From Styela clava (Eukaryota), in the NCBI RefSeq assembly GCF_964204865.1, contig NC_135259.1, positions 20,088,001-20,152,000 on the forward strand: 64,000 nucleotides of DNA, written 5' to 3'. The translations under genes were made by a program, and so were the position numbers. The stretch's first letter is position 1; every line of letters begins with the position of its first letter. This document shows, piece after piece, positions 1 to 10,630 of the stretch. The notes under the pieces were generated by a model. It ran no database searches. It saw nothing but the letters and a program-made list of their open reading frames with translations, and was not told the DNA's origin.

Positions 1-280
1 ACGTACAGCCAGTCATGACACTGACTAAAATCCGTGTTCCCATGGATAAAAAATAATACAGCAAAATTTTAGACGAAATATCAAATTTCATAGAATTCAC
101 GCAAAATTTTGAAATAAATAAAAGTAATAGCCTTCTAGCGAAAAAATTAATCTTTAACCACTGAAAATTTCAAAGCAATTGGTCCAGTATTCGAAGAGAA
201 AAGCGACTTTTTAAAAACGTGTCAAAGAACAAGAACAACAACATAATATTGAAACCACTACGTGTCCAAAACGTGTTCAA
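1..280 (+). repeat. Interspersed repeat with ACA-rich tail
   Basis: Homologous to 34085-34380 (shared AACCACTGAAAATTTCAAAGCAA.TGGTCCAGTA). Confidence 0.75.
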
Positions 281-1447
281 AAAAAACGGAACGTGAATTG
301 GCGGTGGGGCAATAACATGAAAATACTAACCCAGTGGTTTCTCACCCTTCTGTTTCGTGGCCCATTTTTGTTGCTCAAAAATCCTGTGGCCCATTAAATT
401 TTTCATGCTAGGGAAACTTTATGCTTAATAATTTATTTACAAACAAGAAAAAAAATGTTAGTATATACGGACAAAACGGCAAAATGCCATATGGAAGTGT
501 TCCCGAATGTCACAAAAAATGTTCCAGTAAACTGAAATGAAACAGCGAAATTTTTGGATGCGCAGGTGTGAAGTTTCAACAAGAGCAGGCACTTCTTTAC
601 GCCATCTTTTTATTCATTACGAGGAAATTGCCTCGATATAAAGGGTTGATATCTTTTAAATAGGTATAAAAATAACGTCTTGATGCGGTAAAGAATGTCG
701 TCTTGTAATAAGGTGGTAATTTGAGATAATGGCCTTGTCCTCGCCCTCACAATTTATGAGAATAAATTTCCGTGCTTCCAAGGAATTTTAGTTTATTTAT
801 TTTTTGTTATGAAGCAACGGCCATCGGTAGTAACACTTGTGCTCTTTAGTTTGCTAAACTCATTAGCAAGTATAAACGAGTTTTTAACCATAGGGTACTG
901 AGATACTGTATTAAACTGCCAGTTTTAACTTTTAGTTTACCCCTTCTTGACTTGCGAGTTGAAAACAATTGCCCCATACTGCTATTACTGTCCCCCTTTC
1001 TAAACCCCACAACAAAAAACAAATTGAACAGAATCCTACATATGGGGTAACCCTTTTGTAGTCCAGTGCCAATATTTTGATCTGGTTAATATGATCAGGA
1101 ATTAGGGGGGCGATTCAATAAGAGAACAGCACAAATCATACAAATAACAGATGTCACGAAAAAGCCTTGGCCTGAATTTAAAATAACAGCAGAATTATGA
1201 ATAAAATATCGGGTCCCATAGAACAATGATCGTTAAAAAAGAAAAAAATTTGAAAAAATGACGTAATTGTCGTATAGCTACTTCTTCCATATACTGTATA
1301 AGGGCAGAGAATTTGAAATCGATTAGTTTATTGGTTGCGAGGAATGGAGACAACAAGAATACTTCACTTCGGTCGCTTTACCAAGTCCATTTTGTATTGG
1401 TCACTTTCAAAAGTTTTTTTTTACTCGTTATTCATTATGTCCTAAAA

Positions 1448-1769
1448 CAGGGGTGTGCGACCTGCGGCCCGCAGGCTAAATGCAGCCCGCGAAGAAACAT
1501 TGCGCGGCCCGCAAAACGGGTTTTCAATTTAGTTTAATCTGGTACGCGCGAGTATTTCCAAGCTTATACCTGAGTTAATTTTTTTTTTATCTATGCCCAT
1601 GACGTTACAATGCCCCAACAGCCAGCTTGGGATGCGAACAACGCATGTTATAAGATTAATGACAAAAGTTTTGTGCCTGCCACTATTAGAAGGACTATGT
1701 TAAATGACGGTGCGGCCCGCGGTTTCACCCAGTTATTTGTATCTGGCTCTCCTAGGTTGCACACCTCCG
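1448..1769. mobile_element. hAT MITE (CAGGGGTGTGC/GGCCCGC family)
   Basis: Homologous to 15666-15959 and 30732-31095. Confidence 0.8.
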
Positions 1770-2867
1770 TTTTAAAAAAATCATTTATACGCATGCTTGG
1801 GTTCTAATCCGCGAGATGACGCAGAAGAGCCATTTTTTAATCGATTTTACAATAGCCAACAACTGAAAATTTGTAAATTGGAATGTTGCACTGAACGTTT
1901 GTGTCTAGTAAAGCTTTAATAACTCCTTTTGTTTTCAGATTCAAATCGTCGACAGTGGTCAAGAAATTTCCTCATAATAAAGTTTCATTTTATTCGTATT
2001 GTTATTATTTTATTTGTTTCTATCGAGATAGAATGCATTGTATAGTCGCCATATTTAAATATAGTCAAATTAAAACTTGCTCTAAATAATCCGTAATTTT
2101 TGATTCATGAAATATCGAGACCAGATCTCATTTGTTTTTACCGAATTGGTGCGTAATCTTGTGAAAACATATTTAAAAAAAAAATCGCAATATTTATTTA
2201 CATATAACTAATTAAAACTGCAAAATATTTCGAAATCTGTGCCAAGTTTTTTTTCACAAATGTATTCTGATTTGCCAAGTCAGAGTGACCCTGAATGCCG
2301 CTATCAATATTTCTTGACCTTTGAACCCGGAACAGTTTGATGTGACTTCCCATTGCGAAGGTTTTGGTAATTGAACATACCTTTGAATCGTGTTTTTAAT
2401 CAAATTTTACCTTATTTATAACTCAAGGGCACACCATCATATGAAATCTGGCATAATTTTTTTCACAATTCATATGACATCCGATACATTTTTTTTAAAT
2501 TTACGCTGGAATTACAGGCCATATTAGCTATTCATTTGGCGTCCATTTCTCTCTAGCTGTTAATGCTAAACGATTATGAACTTTTTGTAACCGAATTAAT
2601 ATGGGTACCAACGTGCATTTGAGTGTAATTAAATGGGTGTATTATTGTTATATTTTGTAGTAATTGATAATTAGGGGCGCAATTGGGAAAACGGTTTGTT
2701 TTAATAGTATAAATGTTCCGATGGACTCCAAACTAACAAGTAAAGTACATATGCATGTGTTATTGAGCTATTTGGACAATGAATGGTTGAGTTATCATTG
2801 AAAATAAATTCAATTCGTCCGAAGTTGGGCACTTTGGTGGTAGTTCATACCTACTGCTACGTTGCTT

Positions 2868-3234
2868 GGGCTGGGCATTTTCGAATACCTGATGATTTCA
2901 GAATCGAATCGAATATTTTTTTCGAATTGAATCTCGAATACTTGGGAGATAAATAATTGTATGAACTTTCTTCTTGTATTTGTCCTCCAGACACATAAAT
3001 TACTATAAAAGTAAAATACAGCACTCAGACAGATTGCTGAGCGTTCACACACAATGAAAAATACGTTTTCATCAATAATTCACTACAAAAAAGAGTCATA
3101 TGTCAGAATTGCGTTGAAAAAATATGACTTTCATAAAAAAAAATTGATAAATTTACCTCGACAATCGGCGGAATAGAAAAAAAACAAGAAGGCGGCGATT
3201 CGAAATTTACTATTCGATTCGAAATGCCCAGCCC
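2868..3234. mobile_element. MITE with GGGCTGGGCATT TIR and TTCGAA subterminal repeats
   Basis: TIR GGGCTGGGCATTT/AAATGCCCAGCCC; further copies at ~8030-8250, 10242-10630, 39140-39500 and 40690-40982. Confidence 0.82.
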
Positions 3235-3389
3235 ATTTGTGGATGACTTGTGTTTGCGATACGTGTTCAACCACTAAATTTTCCAGCAGTATTTCTATTT
3301 CTGGGACGGTTTCTCTTATTTAAAACAGTGGCCGGTGACAACCGACCCATAAAAGATTGATAACGAGACCGTATATTTTCGCTCTAAAG

Positions 3390-3822
3390 CAGTGGCTCTT
3401 GAATTTTTAAGCCGCGCCCATTTTTTAGAATTTGTCAAGTCTCGCAACCCACCTAAAAAATAACTAAGGTGAAGGTAACTGAAGTGATGGTAAGGTAAAG
3501 GTATGTTCAATTCAGAAACCACTTCGAGTACTCCTGAAGTATGCGCGCCAATATGTCGCCTAACCTGAACCCTAACCAGGTACACAACCTTCAGTTTTGA
3601 ATTCAGGTTGTGCGCCATCTTGGTGTGCATACTTTATGAGGTCCCCACTTTGAAAATACGTGAATAAAATCGCAATCTCTAAACAATAATGAAATGTAAA
3701 TATCCGAAAAAAAAAGATCAAGTCTAACAAATATTTTTATTTTTGATTAGCTTCACGCACCCCCACCCCCCAAATGTCTACGCCCTTCTTGTGGGGCGCG
3801 CCCCGTTGTTTGAGCAACACTA
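3390..3822. mobile_element. hAT MITE (CAGTGGTTCTCAAAC family) with a nested 6-bp-TSD element at 3526-3645
   Basis: Homologous to 38701-39002, 46655-46899, 28526-28732 and 36580-36790. Confidence 0.8.
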
Positions 3823-4357
3823 GTCTAAAGGCTTTAAAACATTTTTCAACGTTAGATTTCAAAGTTTTCGGTCGGTTTTTAGTGTAAAAGGGGTAGCCGG
3901 CCCATAATTTAGAATAACCCTAAGTTATTGTCAGATCGAATTAATATTGGTTGAAAAAATCAAATCATGCTTTCATCTCGTCTAATAAAATATATAATTA
4001 TACTAATTCAAACAATAACTTTATTTCTATTCTCAAATAAATGAGATATTTGTTCTTGTTCCAGTATTACAGCTTAGTATGGTATGTGACAGTGTACAGT
4101 GAAGGTCATTCTTAGCATTAGAAATATCGGGGTCAGGATGTAGAGTCGATGAAAAGATGGCTCCAGACCATTCATTAGAAAGCTTACTCTCCCTATTCCA
4201 AAATTTAGATCTTTTCTCACGACTCCGAAAATTCGTCTGCTGAAACATATTTGCGGAAAATGTTGCAGTGAGGACTTTCAGTAGTGTTAAAAAAACAGAA
4301 GAGAATGTATGGTGAACCTGGGCTCAGCTTTGAAGTATTTCCCAGAAATGAAAGCAT

Positions 4358-4650
4358 AATTGGACACGCACTGACCCTATTTTGCAAGGCCAACTGAACA
4401 CGCTCTGGCCCTATTTCGCCAGCCCAATTAGACACACATGGAACTTATTTCTCGATCCTTTGATCAGACAGGCCCCGCTCATATTCCGCCAGCCCTAATT
4501 ATACACGCCCTGAACCTACTTCGCCAGCCTACTTAGACACGCCTTGACCCTATTTCACGGGCCCTAATGGGACACACAACGACTGAATTTCATCAGCTCA
4601 ACTAGAACCGCATTGATTCTGTTCCTAGAACCATAAGCTGGCCTTAATTA
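4358..4650. repeat. Degenerate 34-bp minisatellite, about 8 units
   Basis: Consensus approx. AATTAGACACGCCCTGACCCTATTTCGCCAGCCC. Confidence 0.8.
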
Positions 4651-6645
4651 GACATGAATATACCGTTTTTCGATGACCCTAACATCATTTTTTTGCTGCC
4701 GTCAGCGCAGGACTCCGAAGCGAGAATATACGCTTGCCATAGCGTCGCTGTTTACACCGTTCATGTAATGCTGGAATAAATATGATAAATCCAATTACCT
4801 TCTATTTCTGGGTGTATCCAGGAATTTTCAAGAGGGAAAGTTAGACCCGAACACTTAGTGAGTCTGGGTTTCTGGGTTTTCATGAGCTTGACCTGGCTAC
4901 GCCTCTGATCACCAACATCAGCATTGAAGAATAAGCAACACCGTAGATATTTCTAGGTGTTCACGGAAACCAATTCATATTTCCATGCAAAGATACATTT
5001 TAATCACAGATGAGCATCGATACTGGTAAAAGTGCCACGGCTCGATACCATCGTACCGTACTCTATTGAAAACCTAAATTTTGCATTGTTATGATGAAAT
5101 CGGTTTTTGCTGAACGAACTGCTAATGACGTTTTACTGGCATCAGTAACCTACAAAGATAGGATTGAGTGTGACGTCATAAATCAATTATTCCATGCGGT
5201 TCAGTTAAATAGAAAATGTTGATAAGAACTAGCGACCAAGACATCTGTGTAATATGGAGTTGTATAGAAGTATTCTTCATACAGGAAGATAATTTCGAAG
5301 GTGAGTGAAATTGCTTCAGTTATTATATATTCTTGCCTAGAATTTATCACAAGTCAATTAGTTATGCTTGTGATAAACCTAACCTATGGCCTGCATATTA
5401 GAAAATGAAAGGCAGTACCGGTACTGGGAATATGAATTTAGCGTTGGAACTAGAAACGGTGTGCTGGTATCTTTCATGCTAAAACCTTATCGTGACCGCA
5501 TTTACTGAAATATTCGAGTGGAAATAGAACTTGGCTAGAGTGTAGCTTTAACAAATAAAACTTTTGAGAAATGGTAGTACTGTTAAAACTCTGATTGATC
5601 TCTGAGAGATAATACTCGCAACCAGCTCGAAGTGATAAATTGATAAGACTGGAGATTTTGGAGAAAGTTTTTTTTGTTCTTTGGTACATTGACAGCAAAC
5701 GGATGAGAGCGCACAGTCGAATGGGAATATTCAATCCTCTCATTTGTATTTTTTTGGGAATGAATTTTACTTGGAAATCTTTTGTTCGATTCATCTAAAA
5801 AAAAATCTTTTAAGATTATCAACTAGCATTTTTTCATATATAGTTAGGCATAGATCATTGCGTGGTTTTAACATACGCTGTTTGATTAAGTTATAGCGTA
5901 ACGAAAACAGTGTGCCATAGCAATTGATGGTGGAAATGATAATCAATGTTCATCATTTTTACTCAGAGCTGGAACACACGCCATCTTTTTTAGGTTGCCA
6001 GAAAATTCTGAACATCGGTTCTGAATATTTCTCCCGGAGGCTGATCAGCTGAAGTTTTCTCTTTTTACTCGAACTTTCGGTCGTATGTTTCAGTAATGCG
6101 TCATCGTAAAACGAGTAGTTTTCGTCTTTTTTGTCGTTTACTAATTTTTGCCATTTGTTCGTAATTCTTCGAAGAGTCGAGAATTTTGCATTTTGGGTTT
6201 CTTTCTTTACAACTGCGGCTTTCATGAAACCCGAACTTACATCTGATGGAAATTTCCTCTTCTTGTGTCATTTTTTTCTTTAAATCTTAAAATTGAGCAT
6301 TCGGATGATCTTGGAAAGGATGTCGGTAGGATTTCGTTTGTAGATCTTGCTATTGTTCTGCATTCGCAATAAAATCTTGCAGAATAACTGAGTTATTTAT
6401 ATGAATTAGTTTCGGGATGAAGCCATTATTTTTACGTGATTGTTTTAACTTATCAATACCGTTTGCGCAATGAGAACAACAATAGATAAAAATATAATTG
6501 GAGTTTAGAATCTCTGTAGATTAGCAACTGAATTTTGATCTGATAAGATGATAACACACACCAATAACATAATTGCGTTTGATCAATTTACCAAATTACT
6601 GTTTATTACGTTATTACTGTTTCGAATGTAAATAACAAAAGTTAC

Positions 6646-6980
6646 AGCCTTGTCCGACATAACATGTCATCAGAGCACAAAAACATCTGAGTACAAGTTA
6701 ACTTGACTTTCTGGAATGGTATTTCAATAAATTTTAGCATTACTCGATTTCGTTTACTAACTACGACAACTCAAAACCAGTATGGCGCTACGGAGCTATA
6801 AAACTGTTGGATTCTAGCCTCGTCCGATATAGAATGTTATCAGAGCACAATAACGTCACAAGTACAAGTTAACTCGACTTTTTCGAACACTATCCAATAA
6901 ATTTAACTATTGCTGTACTTCGTTTACAAACTACGAAGACGTAAAGTCAATGTGGCGCTACAGAGCTATAAAACTGTTGG
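6646..6980. repeat. 170-bp tandem duplication
   Basis: AGCCT.GTCCGA.AT at 6646 and 6816. Confidence 0.85.
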
Positions 6981-7100
6981 GCTACAACACTTGTAGCTTA
7001 CCCCTAGCCTTTTTTTTTATATCTCATGCTATTTTAAAAAGCTACAAACCACAGTCGGGTAAACAACAATCCTGTGGTAGGACAGACATTCTTGACACAT

Positions 7101-7117
7101 AGGTTATTCGAAGGTCA
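7101..7117 (+). promoter_or_regulatory. Candidate DR5 nuclear-receptor element (distal, copy A)
   Basis: AGGTTA-ttcga-AGGTCA; kept in B (12550-12566, AGGTTA-tttga-AGGTCA) and C (25868-25884, minus, AGGTTA-tttga-AGGTCG). Confidence 0.5.
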
Positions 7118-7495
7118 CAGCATGCGGAAGCATTCATTGTGTAAACAGGAAACTAAAATGACACGACGTGACGATAATGTCAGATAAGACCTTTTTAATA
7201 AATTAGATTGAAAAACACAAATCCAAATTAGTTGGCTTTATTGCGACGCACGTGTAATTGTTTTTGACAAAAATTCTTTTACAATGTTTACTATCAACGC
7301 TATTGTTACCTCATACTTGCGTCACAATCTCACCACCGGATCTTGTAACCTGTGTTAATTGCGTGACATAGGTTTGAATGCTACTTCTGATAATGATCAG
7401 TACTGTTCACTAAATACGGCAATGGATATGGATATTTTCTTATGTGGCAGAGAATATAGAGACTTAGAAAATAACACAGAAGTGGTGGATACGAT

Positions 7496-7750
7496 CTATT
7501 TTTATTCTCCTGAAGAGAGAATATTTGATAGTTCGTCTAGTTTTCATATGATAGTATATAGCAGGGCTATGTATTGTCAGACCGTGGTCCGAATACGAAA
7601 ATTTCAAATATTCGGATTCGGAGCTATTTTTATTCTCCTGAGGAGAGAAAATTTGATAGTTCGTCAGGTTTTCATATGATAGTATATAGCAGGGCTATGT
7701 ATTGTCAGACCATGGTCCGAATACGGAAATTTCGAATGTTGGATTCGGAT
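7496..7750. repeat. 128-bp tandem duplication, high identity
   Basis: CTATTTTTATTCTCCTGA at 7496 and 7624. Confidence 0.9.
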
Positions 7751-9363
7751 CGTACCTAATTCTTTATTTTTGATCAATGGCCCCACTTTTTAAGTTTCTT
7801 TTTATAAAATGACTTTTATAGTTTCGAATTCAAATGAAAATAACTATAACACCATAATAAACAATCTTGATTTGCTAACAATCATTATCCGGCCGAAGAA
7901 GTTAGCGTTTAAGGATGCCGAAATATAATTTCTGGAAAGACCAGACCCAAAATAGTTTTGAAGTTTTGTATGCGGATCTTCGGTAAAACAGTTGAGTAGC
8001 CATGGTATTAGGGGTGGGTATTTCGAATCGAATAGTGAATTATTGAAATCGGTTCAGTAATAAATTTCGAATCGCCGCCATCTTTTTTTTACTGTCCGCC
8101 AAGGGTCGAGGTGAATTATACAATTTTCCTTATCAAGGCTTTTCGTAGTTAGTTATCGTTGAAACATGTTGCTCATTGTGTTTGAATGCTCAGCAAACTA
8201 AGAGAGTGATTAATTCTACGTTTTCGAAAACCGATGTGTCTGGTGGAACCATTACAGTGAATGAGTCACATTTATTGACCAGCCTTGATGAGTATGTACA
8301 TTCATCCTATGCAGTGGTCGGCAACTTTTTATCACTCGCGGGCCAAAATTAAGGGTTGCAACTTGCAAGTCATTGGCGGGCCGCACATATTTTTAGAAAT
8401 TTGAAAACCGAACGGATGATACTGTTCATAATAAAAATGGAGCAGTGATACATCTCTCGAATAGAATATAGATTCATTTCCTCATTACAATGCATCTCAA
8501 AAAAATCCCATTTGAATATTTTGGGCGCCATTGAACCCTTTGCACTTTGAACCCACAACACATCAACTTTTCTGCGTTTTGTTGCCATTTGTCTAATTAT
8601 TATTGAACTATAGGCTCATTAAACGCGTGTTATTGTGAACTTTATACTTTAGATTAGAATATCATTTAGTATACACGTGTCTCGCAATAAACTCTGCTAC
8701 GTAAAGATATAATCGTCAGAACAACTTTTTTTTTTTTTAATATAATTCAGTGAATATAGCGGGCCGGATTATATTACTCCGCCTATTCCATCTCTTATAT
8801 ATTTTCCTCGTTTTCATATCTCGGTTTGAGACCGAAACTCGTTTTCCAGATTACACACATTCCATTTATGAGACTCGTTCAAAAACATCCCACGTTTCTA
8901 CATTTCTTTACAATTACTTTTACGCCAATTATGAATAATAAAATAGTTTAGGAGTGAGGCTGTGCCTTATTATAGTACAGTTATGTAGGTAGACATTGTG
9001 ACTAACATGAAAACACTTCAATGACTTTAGACCTTATGACGTCCGGCGACTTTTTATGATCTAAACAACAGGCTTCGTTTTCAAAAAACAACAAAGTTTT
9101 TCAATATTATTTGAAACTTTCTCAAGTAATTTTTAAACATGTTTGACACTTGGAGGCGTTTTTTATTTATTTATTGCAAGTATTATTCGGGATCTTTATT
9201 TACACCTAGTTGCCAAACTCTGGCTTCCCATTTATTCTCAAATTTGCAGCGTTGTTCTTTAACGCCCTTGGATGATACTGTGAATTAATTCATAGAAAAG
9301 AAACGTTGTGATGTCCGTTTTTATTTCATTTGGGAATCGGGAACCATCTTTATATTCAGAACA

Positions 9364-9573
9364 CGGCACTCCAGAAGTGTGTACCAACACGGAGGTAACT
9401 AATTTTGTTCGCCTACTTTACATCAATTTTTATAAAGAGACTGAAACCTATGGGCAGGGAGTATATTCACTTTGTTAACACAGACAGTCCCCGAGCTCGT
9501 AATAGAACTAAAATAGGGAAACTCGGAAAGTATGGCCCAACCCTAACCTAGTACGAATACTACTGGAGTACCC
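9364..9573 (+). mobile_element. 6-bp-TSD element, asymmetric ~210-230 bp type
   Basis: TSD AGAACA. Further copies: 25963-26166 (TSD AAAATT), 35977-36206 (TSD ATATAT), ~41730-41918, ~45246-45440, ~51128-51338, ~60775-61004 (-), ~63200-63397 (-). Confidence 0.88.
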
Positions 9574-9999
9574 AGAACATTCCCACTATACTCATCATAT
9601 ACAGAGTTTGACAATCATTCTTCTAAGTGCGTGACTAACGGTACTGAATACTGCAGAGTGGTGAAAAATATATTATTTTAAGATGGGGACATGGAACGTA
9701 TGCTTCCGTAATGCGTAATGTTTTACTATTTATACAAAACTGGCAACACTAATGTCTAAATCCATACTTACATAATGCTCCTGTGTTCAAAATCTTATCT
9801 CGTTCTAATCTATTTACTGTTTTGTGACAAAAGGCGTTGCCACATTTTAACACAGAGTTATGTAAGTTATTGGAAGAGCGTGCGTGACTGGCGTGATCCC
9901 TGTTGAACTGTTATATCTCACTCCAGACAACATGTTACATTTTTCTAATTGTTTTCAAACAATGCCTTCCTCTTTACGTCACAATATTAAGGCTTAGTT

Positions 10000-10029
10000 T
10001 GACCTTCGAGTCACCTTGAAGGTATATAA
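10000..10029 (+). promoter_or_regulatory. Candidate proximal DR5 element plus TATA box (copy A)
   Basis: TGACCT-tcgag-TCACCT, then 6 bp, then TATATAA. The same DR5 is in C (24037-24053). B has a degenerate DR5 with an intact TATATAA (14878-14907). Confidence 0.45.
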
Positions 10030-10241
10030 TTAAGATACTAATTACACGTCGTAGTGATGTTTACCATATTGGTATTAGCGTACTTTGATTATAAAACAAG
10101 TGTATATTTATCATTTGGGAAATATACCGCTGAATGTCTGATACCCAATCAATGAATACCTGTTGAAACAATGTGTTAATAAGCAAGCATGAAGTGATTT
10201 AATCTATTGGGAGACTCATGATTTTTCTCCGATATTACAGT

Positions 10242-10630
10242 TAAGGCTGGTTATATTCGAATATCTGATGATTCCAGAATCAAATCGAATATTTTTTTGA
10301 ATCGAATCTCGGAAGATATTCGACTTGGAAGATTTGTAGTTGTATTGACTGTTTTATTGTAATGGGTCTTTCAGATACATAACTCAGTGAAAACACGTAA
10401 TCTATCACTTAGACAGTTTGCTCAGTGTTCATACAGTAAGTAACATGTTTCATCAATAACTTACAAGGAAGAAAACGTCCATATGTCAAAATTGTATTTG
10501 AAAAATTTGACACGAATTAAAAAAAAAAAGGGATTCATCTCGACCTGCGCGCATCCAAATACCAAGGATGGCTCCGAATCGAAATTCCGGCCTGAACCAA
10601 TTCGAATAAATTTCGAAATCCCCAGCCTTA
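10242..10630. mobile_element. MITE of the TTCGAA family; site empty in copy C
   Basis: TAAGGCTGG/CCAGCCTTA ends, TTACAG duplicated, absent from the paralogous site near 23560-23575. Confidence 0.85.

Noticed and set aside
2315-2327. DR1 element TGACCT-t-TGAACC
   Set aside because: Single motif with no paralogous conservation or linked gene in the window
4358-4650. CRISPR-like periodicity (also 63461-63757)
   Set aside because: The units are contiguous degenerate repeats with no unique spacers; no cas genes; eukaryotic context
10057-10155. Signal-peptide-like ORF MFTILVLAYF (MFTILLLVLLAQF in copy C)
   Set aside because: All three copies stop early, and the ATG lies only about 34 bp from the TATA-like box; not supportable as a CDS
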